A DNA stretch of 55,471 bases, filler included, from Sphacelaria rigidula (Eukaryota), in NCBI GenBank assembly GCA_964200075.2. It is 6 parts of 6 records of this genome, joined end to end, with 100 filler letters (N's around TTAATTAATTAA, not from the genome) between each part and the next. Parts side by side here need not be neighbours in the genome. Positions count along the whole stretch, not along the records: positions 37,051 to 46,211 come from CAXNAA020009153.1; positions 46,312 to 55,471 come from CAXNAA020009154.1; 4 more parts are not named here. One strand, written 5' to 3'. Below, in pieces: positions 45,913 through 55,471 of the stretch (the first letter of the stretch is position 1; the number at the start of each line of letters is the position of its first letter). The notes beneath the pieces are model-generated. The model was not told the DNA's origin. It worked only from the letters and a program-made list of their open reading frames with translations, and did no database searches. The position numbers were made by a program, and so were the translations under genes.

Positions 45913-46151
45913 GAGTCATCCAACGATAGGGGGGGGGGGGTATTTTGGGCCACTTCTTGACGAAATTTCGAGTCAAATCGTCTTTAAAAGCAGCAGCGGT
46001 TGTTCGAACGAGCTTGTTGTGGATTGATAACGCTCATCCATACTGCCTGCCACCGTTTGACATCAACTACAAGCGCAACGCAAGTGTGGCAGGTCGTCTG
46101 ACACACCTATGGGCCTCTTTTTTCGTGCAACCAAATACCCCCCCCCCCCCC
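45913..46151. mobile_element. Second copy of the Sola2-like MITE, right TIR interrupted
   Basis: Colinear with 12944-13194. After aata-C14 (46138-46151) the expected tatcg..gatgactc is replaced by other sequence. Confidence 0.8.
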
Positions 46152-46211
46152 ACGAGCCCCGTCCGGCGAAAACCCCCCGCGCTCCGTCCCGGCCTTCTAA
46201 GGATTGTGGGG
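46152..46211 (+). mobile_element. 3'-region fragment of the non-autonomous oligo(C)-associated retroelement
   Basis: cgagcc..tccggcgaaaa...cgcgctccgtcccggcctt resembles 9979-10025 and 10495-10540; cut off by the contig end. Confidence 0.6.
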
Positions 46212-46311
46212 NNNNNNNNNNNNNNNNNNNNNNNNNNNNNNNNNNNNNNNNNNNNTTAATTAATTAANNNNNNNNNNNNNNNNNNNNNNNNNNNNNNNNN
46301 NNNNNNNNNNN
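46212..46311. other. Artificial contig spacer
   Basis: N44-TTAATTAATTAA-N44. Confidence 0.98.
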
Positions 46312-46388
46312 CTCCGTCTCGAAAGGGATGCGTGGTCAATGGTCAAACGACTAAGGCAGCCGACCAATGAGTACGCCCCCCTCCCTCC
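46312..46388 (+). mobile_element. LINE 3' terminus with C-rich tail
   Basis: ctccgtctcgaaagggatgcgtggtcaatggtcaaacgactaaggcag...atgagtacgCCCCCCtCCCtCC. Confidence 0.85.
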
Positions 46389-49194
46389 TTTCCAACCACT
46401 CGACGTCCACTAGACCGTGGACGGTGTGGTACAGTCGAATGAGAGCGACAAACGATAGAATGCAAGATTCATCAACAACGTAAGTCCATCTTGTCTGACA
46501 ACGCACCAGGCAATTTATTGCGTGATATTTTTCGAGAGAGGTTGTGGATACGCTGGGTCAGTCACTCACTTTCCAACGTTTTTCACACTATAAACAACGT
46601 GTTCGTGAGATTGAGAGTAGAGCGCTGATTGAGAGTGGCTTTGATCATTTTCTTTGACTTGGCCATTTTTTTATTCCATGTGTGCTTTTCTTTGCTTCCA
46701 TCACTTGCGTGTACTTACAGCTACACGTCGATATCGTACTCAGGGATATCAAGGGCCTCAGTAGCCAGCTATTACAGAAAGCATATTGGACCTCGTGAAG
46801 AGGCACTTCGGAACTGAAACGATTCACTCACTAATTGACCGCTTTTCACTCTCAATCGTATCCTCCACTATCAATCTCACGAAAACATTGTTTATACCCG
46901 TCTGACATAAAACCGGTTTCATACCAACTAGGCACAGTACCTGACGCCCGGTACAATAATGCCAGCCGATATGAGATCGATTGAACTGGCGAAAGCACGA
47001 TTGTGAATTAGCAGCACACCTCATTGAGTTGACAATCGCCCGCTTCAGCATTTATTCATGCTGGATGGAAAAGATAACGAGTATGTTAGATCCAACCGGC
47101 GTTCTTCTTCTCCAAACAAGCGCAGCGCACTGAAACGACTGCAACGCGCTGCGACACACGGCATTGGGCCTACTGTACCACGGTAGTAGTAACGCCCTCT
47201 CTCTTTCTGAGGCACCAGCGTACAAACCAGAGTATCCCGACTAATCTCTCGCGTCCGACATCCACTTCTCCAACTACTTGCTACAAAAGTTCGGATGTCA
47301 CTCTGGTGACCCATTCTCTGACAATGAGCCCTCTACTGGCCGTGGTGTTGCTCATTCACGGCTGTCAGACCGTGTCTTGTCAGGATGGTAGCATCGCGAT
47401 GGAAGCAATTAAGACCCCACGCTCCGGGAGCGGTCACCGGAGCAGCACCCCCCGATACCAGCAAGCCCGTAAAAATGTTGTGTACATTTGTCGCGGCGAC
47501 AATCTGTCATCCTTCAACGTGTTTTTCGCGATTCGAACAAGTTCGTAAAGACTTGTTGAAACCACGGTGGTCTGTCCGTAGGCCACGGTTGCTTCTAAGT
47601 GAACGAAAAGGTACCGACCACGGACGGCGTATGCGCTAATGTGACACAACTCTATGTATAGCGCAACCGCCCACAGCCCGTCATCATGATAGCCCCCGCT
47701 CCCCTCCAACCAAGACTCTCCGCCGTAGCTGTTGATCAACTGAACAATGTGAGCGTGATTTAAGTCGAATCACTTCAAAATTGAGTCATTTCCTATTATT
47801 ATTTCGTTTCGAGCAAGTGTCGAACCAATGCACACTCAGCAAAGTTTCGTGCACGCGCATGGTCGCCCCTTCTCTAATACTCAGCGTCTCCCCGCTAGAC
47901 AAAGACTGCTTTATATAGGTGAGCAAGGGCTAGCACCGGAGCTAATGCACCTGCGCTGCGGGCGTCTGTGAGGGCTTGTCTTAGGCTCTGCCTTAGGTTT
48001 TGTATCACAGGCTGCGGAATGCTTCATATCATTGTCGGATTTCTTCTTGGCAATGTGCAAAAAAATATCAACACAGCAACATACCCCTTATCCCTGGCGC
48101 AGTCCCCCCTTTTTGTTTGGTCCATGTATACCGTTTCCAATTAAATCACCTCGCGTACGGAGTACTGTAAACGACTGCTCCTGCACAGAATATTCGGAAC
48201 TTTTCGTGGTCAACGGGTTCACCCGAAACAACTTAGGCTCAACTGTTCGAACCTACATCCACCATTGCCAATCACCATCGCGGGGGGAGTATGCCAAAGC
48301 ATTGGACGTGCTACTCTATCTGTTGCCTTCTAAGATTATATAGGCTGAGCACAGAAATCCACCACGACAGTTCCCACCCCCGTCAGGATTGGGCGGCTTT
48401 TGTTTTCATTGGTACTCGCTAGGAAGCTCGGGGTACACATAGTATTTGGGGAGGAGATCTCTCCGGGTACAGGAATTTTGACAATCCCGACTCGCCACAA
48501 CATAGGAGCAACAGGAATGTACATTCTCGATATGAGGGCAAGCAACCCTGACATTTGAGTAGCGTTTCAACAAGAATCTGCGGGAGTACTGCTTACATCG
48601 CCTGTGCTAGTGCGAGGGGGAGGGAGAGGGGCAATGGGAAGAGCGAGGGGGGCAGCACCCCACTTCGCTACCGATGTTCGGAATAGCTGAACAGCGTTCG
48701 ACTTCCGGATAGCCAACCAACTGCATCGCTTTGTCGTCAACGTCGGCACCGTTCACAGTAGCCGAGGACATTGGTCCCTGACACAGGCGGATGTGAGGAT
48801 CGCCACGCCAGTATACTGTTGCATCGCACCATTTTGTCGACAGCGACTCGCTGCCGCGCACAGAGCGATCTCCCGTCAACTGCACTACAGTACAACCTCC
48901 GACGGGCGTACACCTACCGGAGAGATACTTGTGTGTCCTCGCATATTCCTGGGTTGGTACTGGACACGAATACAGAGGGTAGCTGACGAAAGCAGCACGG
49001 ACTACTCTTAATGGTCTGCGAGAATGACTCCCATGGTAAAGACGGAAGTGTACGGACAACGCGGAAGTCGCGATAGACAACGGCAGGACAACCAACTGCT
49101 GGATACACTGGAAACGTCAGTACAGCCATGTAAAATAAGCTGCACGGACGTGGAAAGACAGCCTCGAGACGAGATAAAACAGCCTGGGTCCGTT

Positions 49195-49572
49195 TTTGAG
49201 GTTCAACATTTGGGTGAGGTACAACTCGACAACAGTGCTTCCCCTGACCCATAGTCATGATCACTGAATTTCATATGGACGACCTCATGCCCCCCAACCT
49301 CTTTAAAACTATTTTTGGGGGTTGCCCGTGTTCCATGCCCTCCAAGCGTATGTGCGAAAGCACCCTTTTGCCTCGATATGGGGGCGAAAAAGGGGACGTT
49401 TTTAGCCCGAAATTGGTGCTTCCGCACATACGCTTTGGGGGCACGGAAGACGGGCAACCCCCCAAAATAGTTTTAAGGAGGTCGGGGGGCATGAGGTCGC
49501 CCATATGAAGTTCATTGGTCCTGAGAGAGCACTGTTTTCGAGTTGAACCCCACCCAAACGTTGAACCTCAAA
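49195..49572. mobile_element. Foldback/MITE (family copy 2, related to 3584-4004)
   Basis: tttgaggttcaac pairs with gttgaacctcaaa, with long inner arm pairing and the same central core. A 19 bp direct repeat aaagacagcctcgagacga lies at 49154 and 49570. Confidence 0.8.
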
Positions 49573-51531
49573 GACAGCCTCGAGACGACATAATAAGGAC
49601 ACCTTACTCGCGCTCAACAGTGAAATGTGGGCAATATTTGCCAGGGGAAAGCAACGAGGTCGACACGGACAATGGACGCGAACGGAAGAAAATCAAGTGG
49701 GCGAGATAGCGATGAACAAGGAAAGCTATCACAAGGTATCTGCGACAGTTCACGGAAAGTTTGTAGCTGGAAACTATGCCATCCACGGCGAAAATTCTAT
49801 CATTTTATACTAGACAGGCGGTTTGAGGCCATGCCAGCGGCTGGAATGTTCGAGACGGATATCGCAAAGTTTGGAGGCGTAAGTACCGACAGCGCGCAGA
49901 GTCGAACAAGTTCCCTGCAGTAAAGGCTAGCAGGCAGGGCGGAGGCGTACAAGAGAACGGGATAGTTGCGACATTCAACAACATCGCAGCCAATCTATTA
50001 ACAACCACAATCGAGTTCGAACAAGAAGTCAGGAATAGCACACATGCTACAACCCAAGTGAGATTCGGGTTGATCAAGGGGAAGACCTCATCTCAGTATC
50101 ATCCAGCTTACAGGCGAGGCGAGCTCGCCAAGTTCAAGGCTTCCTTTTTCGTGTCTCGCCGAATGAGGAGAGTAACCACCGTATGTAGTGGCGAATATAT
50201 ACGGTACGGCTGGAGCATACTGGACCCAGCGGCGGCTCGTCGCAGAGGAGATTGACATTTTATCAGAGAAAGCATGGGGGGCAGGCTCAAAGCTTAGTTG
50301 AGAAGTCGACATTTCATTACTTGCCGCGGCGCCCCGGTGGTGTAAATTAAAATGATCCAACTGACGTCATTATCATTAGGGTGGAAATAATGCGTGTTCG
50401 ATTCCCGCCAGATGCGTTCGGGTACCTTTTTAGAAGTACCTGATCTCCGTTGTTGAAAACGTGAGGACGTACGTGAGTGCGGACGTGCGTGGCTAGCAAA
50501 AAGAGGTAGTTCGACTGACTTTGTTTAACGAGAGTCCGCGCGGTGTGGGAGTGCTTGGTCATGGTCCAATTTGCGATAGACACCAAAACGCAAGACGTGC
50601 AGTCGGGGAGGAAATGGGTTCATCAATCCCTTGACACCACGGAGTCGGCCCAAGGAAGGGAAGGGGTTGAGAGTGTGACGGATTGTTTTTTCTTTCCCGA
50701 AACGTGCTGACAGGGTATTCGTGCAGTCACCGTAAGGGATAGCGTCACGAGACCAATATTCGTCTTCTCCCTGCCGGCGTAAACGGCATCGACGGCGGTA
50801 TAAACCATCGGTACAGATGCTCTCCGTGGCCTGATGCCATGTGTTTGATGGGTGCTTAGGCCTTGTACATGAAAGATGTGTGACTTGATGTTGAGTTTTT
50901 GCACATGATGGGTGAGTAGAGGAGAGCGCGGCACACGTTGTGTTTGTTGTTGGTGGGTAGCAAACACGTCGTCCAAATATTGAAAAACTCAACATGTATG
51001 CTCACGCAGAAACGCTCGTCACGACATAAGACAAAACAACCGCTCTAAGTGACACCTGGGGATCGAAAAGGGGGCGAGGGAGTTCCAGGAGGCGGAGGCG
51101 GAGCGACACAAAGACCTCCGCCAATCAGACCTAGGTTGTGGCGTCAAGAGCCGCCGACGGGACACAGGTGGACATTTTGCTCTCGCCGTAGGATACATGA
51201 AGGCGGCACATTGTAGAGGGTGTGTAGCAAGATCGCCACAGGGGTTTTTGGATCTTTAGAGGGTCGCCATAGTGTCTCACCCTCGGAAGGTGTTCCGGCG
51301 GTGTAGCAAAGTGTTCCTCTGTGGAGAGCTGCTAAAGTACCACTGTTACAGTAACGGCAGCACTTGGCGAGGAATACAAGACGAAAACGACCGAGAGAGT
51401 GGCACGCTTTGTGACTGAGAATAAGGGGGAGAAGGAGGGACTAAAATGGAAACTGCCATCGCTGCCCCATCATCTCGGTTTTGGCCTTCCCTCCCGGGCT
51501 TATGACTCCAGCGATGCACGCTAGTTTTTCT

Positions 51532-51573
51532 TTTCGTTCTTTCTTTTCGTTCGTTCGTTCGTTCGTTCATTCC

Positions 51574-51619
<46 letters not shown>
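51532..51619. repeat. (TTCG)n/(CT)n microsatellite
   Basis: Direct reading. Confidence 0.95.
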
Positions 51620-51622
<3 letters not shown>

Positions 51623-52854
51623 ATTTTTTCTTTTCTCCTGCTTTCATTTCTTCCCTTTCTTCTTTTTTCTCTCCCTTTCTGAGCTGCACAGTATCAGCGT
51701 TCGTGACTCCGTCCTGCAGACTCGTCGACTGAAGGTTGCTCTCCTGTCAGTGTCGTCCCCACATAGTCGTAGCTGAGTGGCTACCTGCTTGAACGACCTT
51801 CCTTTTCTCAAGTCTTCCTTATCTGAACCTTCGGCAGGGGGCTGTCGGGACGTCTTCGGAATCGGTCCTAGTTCTTAGTCATGCGCTGTTTGCTCGTCTT
51901 GTTTCCTTTTGTCGCTCTTTTTGTTCTTCCCCCCTTTCCCGTCTTTCCTTCACTGAGTGCGTACGTATTGCTTGCCTGGGGCGCATCTATCTCACGATGA
52001 CGGGTGGATTAACAACGGATCAGTTGATTGGGCGACAATCGATCAATCGAACAACCAATTTATCTTCTTAAGATATCGAAGCAAGGGTCAGGCAGAGGGA
52101 GCATGAACGACCGCATGGCGAGCGCTGAGTATTGTAAACCTAGCACCTATAAACCCGTGGGAATTCTCGAGGGGTTAGTAATAAGCACAGGATCGCAGCC
52201 GGGTTTGGTTTGTGGGCGATACCCTGTCAGCTGATGGCGATCTGCTCGCCGGCCTTGTATTATTATCTGGTGAAAGGAGGAGTACCTCGCTTCCCATGCG
52301 CTTGCGGCCAGGATTTGCATGTATTACATTTGGCCGTTTTTTTTCGTCATGTGACAGATTTCGAGGTCCATCTCTCCGACCGATTTTCTTCCTTGATTAA
52401 ATGTTCATCTACCCTAACCCGAATGTTTGTGTCTTGATGGTGGAGGCCATGTCTATCCCGCCGCAAACGACACCGAACAACTCTACCAGAGCCAATAGAT
52501 CTTGGATAGCGTTAACCTCAACTGAAACAAATTGCGTCATGAACTGAATTGCTGAATAGAGCTCAAGATGCCTTTTCCTCGCGCGAAGAAGATACCGTGC
52601 ACCTGCTATCGTCATCACATTTTTTAAATACAATGTATTCCATTCTGCTAGCGTCGAAGAGTATAGAAATCGAAAAATGAGGTAACCTGCGAGCACTATC
52701 TACTCAAAATGACTGAGAAGGTAGATGGGTTATTCAGTATACAGTAGTTGGTGGTGACCATCAGTATCCAGTAGATCATGACCCTTTCTCGAGGGCGGAA
52801 GCGAACTACGGTCGTAAAACTGTGCATCTCTTCATCCATGTGTGCTGCGGGCAG

Positions 52855-52981
52855 ATTCGAGATGAGATTATATCATCGGAGCTGACGTACGTGAAGGAAC
52901 TGAAGACACTTGTCATGGTCTTTCTTCGTCCGCTCGAGCGCTGGATAGTGGAGGACATGAGTGGAACGCCTCTCGCGGTCG
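52855..52981 (+). CDS. RhoGEF Dbl-homology domain, exon 1 of 3 visible
   Basis: cag|IRDEIISSELTYVKELKTLVMVFLRPL...G|gtaagg; DH conserved region 1 (E-x3-[ST]E-x2-YV-x2-L); ends in phase 1. Confidence 0.85.
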
Positions 52982-53184
52982 GTAAGGCCAAAGATACAGA
53001 GACCTAGCGTTTTTACTTCTTCCTCTCACTATTATCATTTTTACTGTTGTTACTAGTGGTAGATCTCTACTAGTTCATTATTATTTTGCCATAGTTTCTG
53101 TTGTTTTGATATTATGAATATTGTCACAATTAGTGTTGTTTTTGTTGTTATTATTCTAATTATTGCCACAATTATTGTTGTATT

Positions 53185-53234
53185 TGTCGTCGTCGACGTC
53201 GTCGTCGTCATCGTTGTTGTTGTTGTCGTTATCG

Positions 53235-53274
<40 letters not shown>
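53185..53274. repeat. Intronic (GTC)n/(GTT)n microsatellite
   Basis: Direct reading. Confidence 0.95.
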
Positions 53275-53275
<1 letters not shown>

Positions 53276-53346
53276 AATTCAAATGTTTGTATGTAATGAT
53301 CAGATCTCCGGATCGACTCGACATCTCCGCTCAACATTTGTTGCAG

Positions 53347-53527
53347 ATGGAGTGTCCGATGTTTTCGGTAACGCGGAGAATCTCCTGGAGTTCAACAGCC
53401 ACTTCCTGCGAAATCTGAAGGAGGAGTGTCAGAACAAAAGTCACATTGGAGCAACGTTCAAGGGGGCCGGACTACTGTTGGAGACATACTCTGTCTACGT
53501 CAAGAATTACTCCAAGGCCTTGAAAAG
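53347..53527 (+). CDS. RhoGEF DH domain, exon 2
   Basis: ttgcag|(D)GVSDVFGNAENLLEFNSHFLRNLKEE...IGATF...YSVYVKNYSKALK(R)|gttggt; phase compatible with exon 1. Confidence 0.85.
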
Positions 53528-53776
53528 GTTGGTACCCGAGGATATCGATCGTTCTAGTCGTTAATCGACCACCGGGGGGGGAGGTAACATGTCGGGGTAT
53601 CGCTCATCAGTGTTCATCCCGAAAGCAACTTTTTCGTTCTTCCGCTTCAGCTACGCTGTCGGTATTTTTGCTATCCACACTGTTGTGCCGCCCTGTAGCA
53701 CCGTGTCATCAAGAAGAATTCGAATTACTGTACGAAGTTTTCACACCCTGTACAACTACAATAGTTGGTGGTTATT

Positions 53777-54080
53777 TCTGAAACAACTAACTGCTCAGAA
53801 TCGTGTGCAACTACTTGTTTCCAAACAACTAAATATTCAGAATCGTGCGCCACTGGTTGTTTCCAAACAACTAGTTGTTCAGAATCGTGTGCAACTACTT
53901 GTTTCCAAACAACTAACTGTTCAGAAACGTGTGCAACCAGTTGTTTCCAAACAACTAACTGTTCAGAATCGTGTGCAACCAGTTGTTTCCAAACAACTAC
54001 TCTTTCAGAATCGTGTGCAACTAGTAGTTTCCAAACAACGAATCTCTCAAAATCGTGCGCAACTAGTTGCTTGGAAACAA
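53777..54080 (+). repeat. Intronic 42 bp minisatellite, ~7 copies
   Basis: Units of tcagaatcgtgtgcaac(t/c)a(c/g)ttgtttccaaacaactaactgt. Confidence 0.9.
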
Positions 54081-55020
54081 GTAGCCGGTAGTTGGTTGGT
54101 CGACGAACAACTAACTATTAGTTGTTAGTCACAATTGTACAGGATGTGAAAGTTTCACCGATGGGGGGCAGAGTACCATTATCCACAGGTAAGTGGTCAC
54201 TTATGAATATGCTCGCGATCGTCGCTACCCTACTGTTGCACGACTCTGTTGGGTTACTAGAAATACCACCTACCGGAACAATCCCTCCGATTGCGTAGAT
54301 TCTGGGATCTTCAATGCAGGATAATATGTACACCGAAACAAAGTAATGAGTATCGGTAGGGTCGGCGCTCATCTCAACATAGACTCGAAGCCACAATGTC
54401 GCTCCATACTCTGAGGCCTCAGCAGAGCTCCTCCTATTAATTAACGTACGGCGGAACTGGGAGTGTATACGTTGAACAACAGCAACCGTACTTCAACTCG
54501 AAAACATTTCACACCAAAAGGTACAGAAAGCCGGCAGTCAGTGTGGTAATTCGTGTGCCGGTTGACTCCTCCTACTACCACGTGGTGCAGTGTTGGCCAG
54601 GTACTGGAAGAGTAAGAGACAGAGAGAGGTCCGAGGTTGGCTGTACTCGTGGGGAGTTAGCATACCGGGGCATTTTTTATCCTCAAACCTTGAATTTTCC
54701 GTATGTTTCGGATTTCTTTAAATGCTCCTAGAATAAAATGATGGTAACTTCGATTTTAATTTTCGTCTAATGGCCAATCATCTCAAGAGAGCACGCTAGT
54801 GGAGAGCAGCCATCACGTGATACGGCCTACTCACGGCCACCGCCCACAGATATTGAGGCTAGCTCACCATTCGGAGGGGCTTCTGGAAACCGTGTACGTG
54901 AATTTGGGGGAGGTGTGAACGTCGGAAAACGAGGATTTTTGCTAAATACATCTGATGACACACATACGTGTGTAATCGATTACACTTCGTGTTTGTTTTG
55001 TGTTCACGTCCCGATTGAAG

Positions 55021-55107
55021 ACTTAAGGCATGCGAGAGCTTCCCGGAGTTTAAGGTCTTCGTTCGGGCGTGTGAGCTGCAAGAGGCTTGCCATGGTCTGG
55101 ACCTCAG
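55021..55107 (+). CDS. RhoGEF DH domain, exon 3 (not in the supplied ORF track)
   Basis: After a pyrimidine tract, gaag|a-LKACESFPEFKVFVRACELQEACHGLDL-ag|gtggag. Phase 2 is compatible with exon 2 and it matches the DH segment preceding L-x-PVQR. Confidence 0.8.
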
Positions 55108-55397
55108 GTGGAGATATGTTCTAAAGGACACAGGGTGCAAAGGGGTGGCAAGAACAATACGGTCTGTGGTACACAGAGAGAGAGACGAGAATTGCTGTTG
55201 GAGACCTGAGGCCCCTCCTCGTTTGACCTGATATAGGGTAGGGGTGAGAGCAGTGCAAGGAACTAGAACCAGGGCCCCCATCATTGTCTCGATGGGGAGG
55301 CGGTTAACGAAGTCACAGTTACACTTGTGCTACGAAGTCCATGCTTCATACATTATGTACGATTTCAACATGATAAGATCTGCACGCGATTGTCATC

Positions 55398-55455
<58 letters not shown>

Positions 55456-55471
55456 CGGGCGCGGCCCCCCC

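Noticed and set aside
46824-49130. Possible very decayed Copia pol on the minus strand (e.g. RSHIGWHY resembling RNase H KHID)
   Set aside because: No intact diagnostic motif and no LTR or PBS found; needs a profile search.
51344-52012. TGTTA...TAACA bounded segment as a solo LTR
   Set aside because: No matching target-site duplication and no second copy in the window.
53589-54128. ORFs with 14-aa repeats (NRVQLLVSKQL / CSESCATTCFQTT)
   Set aside because: Translations of an intronic 42-bp minisatellite between RhoGEF exons.
54118-54396. SDHLPV motif suggesting an APE endonuclease remnant
   Set aside because: Single short motif without the other APE motifs.

Overview
This window is not one locus. 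It is six unrelated ~9.16 kb contigs (1-9165, 9266-18427, 18528-27689, 27790-36950, 37051-46211, 46312-55471) joined by artificial 100-nt N44-TTAATTAATTAA-N44 spacers, so synteny across spacers is meaningless. The content indicates a repeat-rich, intron-rich eukaryote, most likely a brown alga (Phaeophyceae); this is an inference. Host genes: (i) a ~4 kb uninterrupted ORF of about 30 tandem EsV-1-7-type Cys/His repeats (38 aa/114 bp); (ii) three phase-compatible exons of a Dbl-homology RhoGEF; (iii) the first exon of a probably plastid-targeted protein, possibly RNase II-like. The rest is mostly transposon debris: APE/RT LINE fragments, a tRNA-derived SINE with a (CA)n tail, several MITEs and foldback elements, a non-autonomous element with an 8-bp TSD and a hAT relic. 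Two signals stand out. One is a LINE plus non-autonomous partner whose copies end in oligo(C) and repeatedly sit in C-homopolymer tracts. The other is the code-like variation among the EsV-1-7 repeats.
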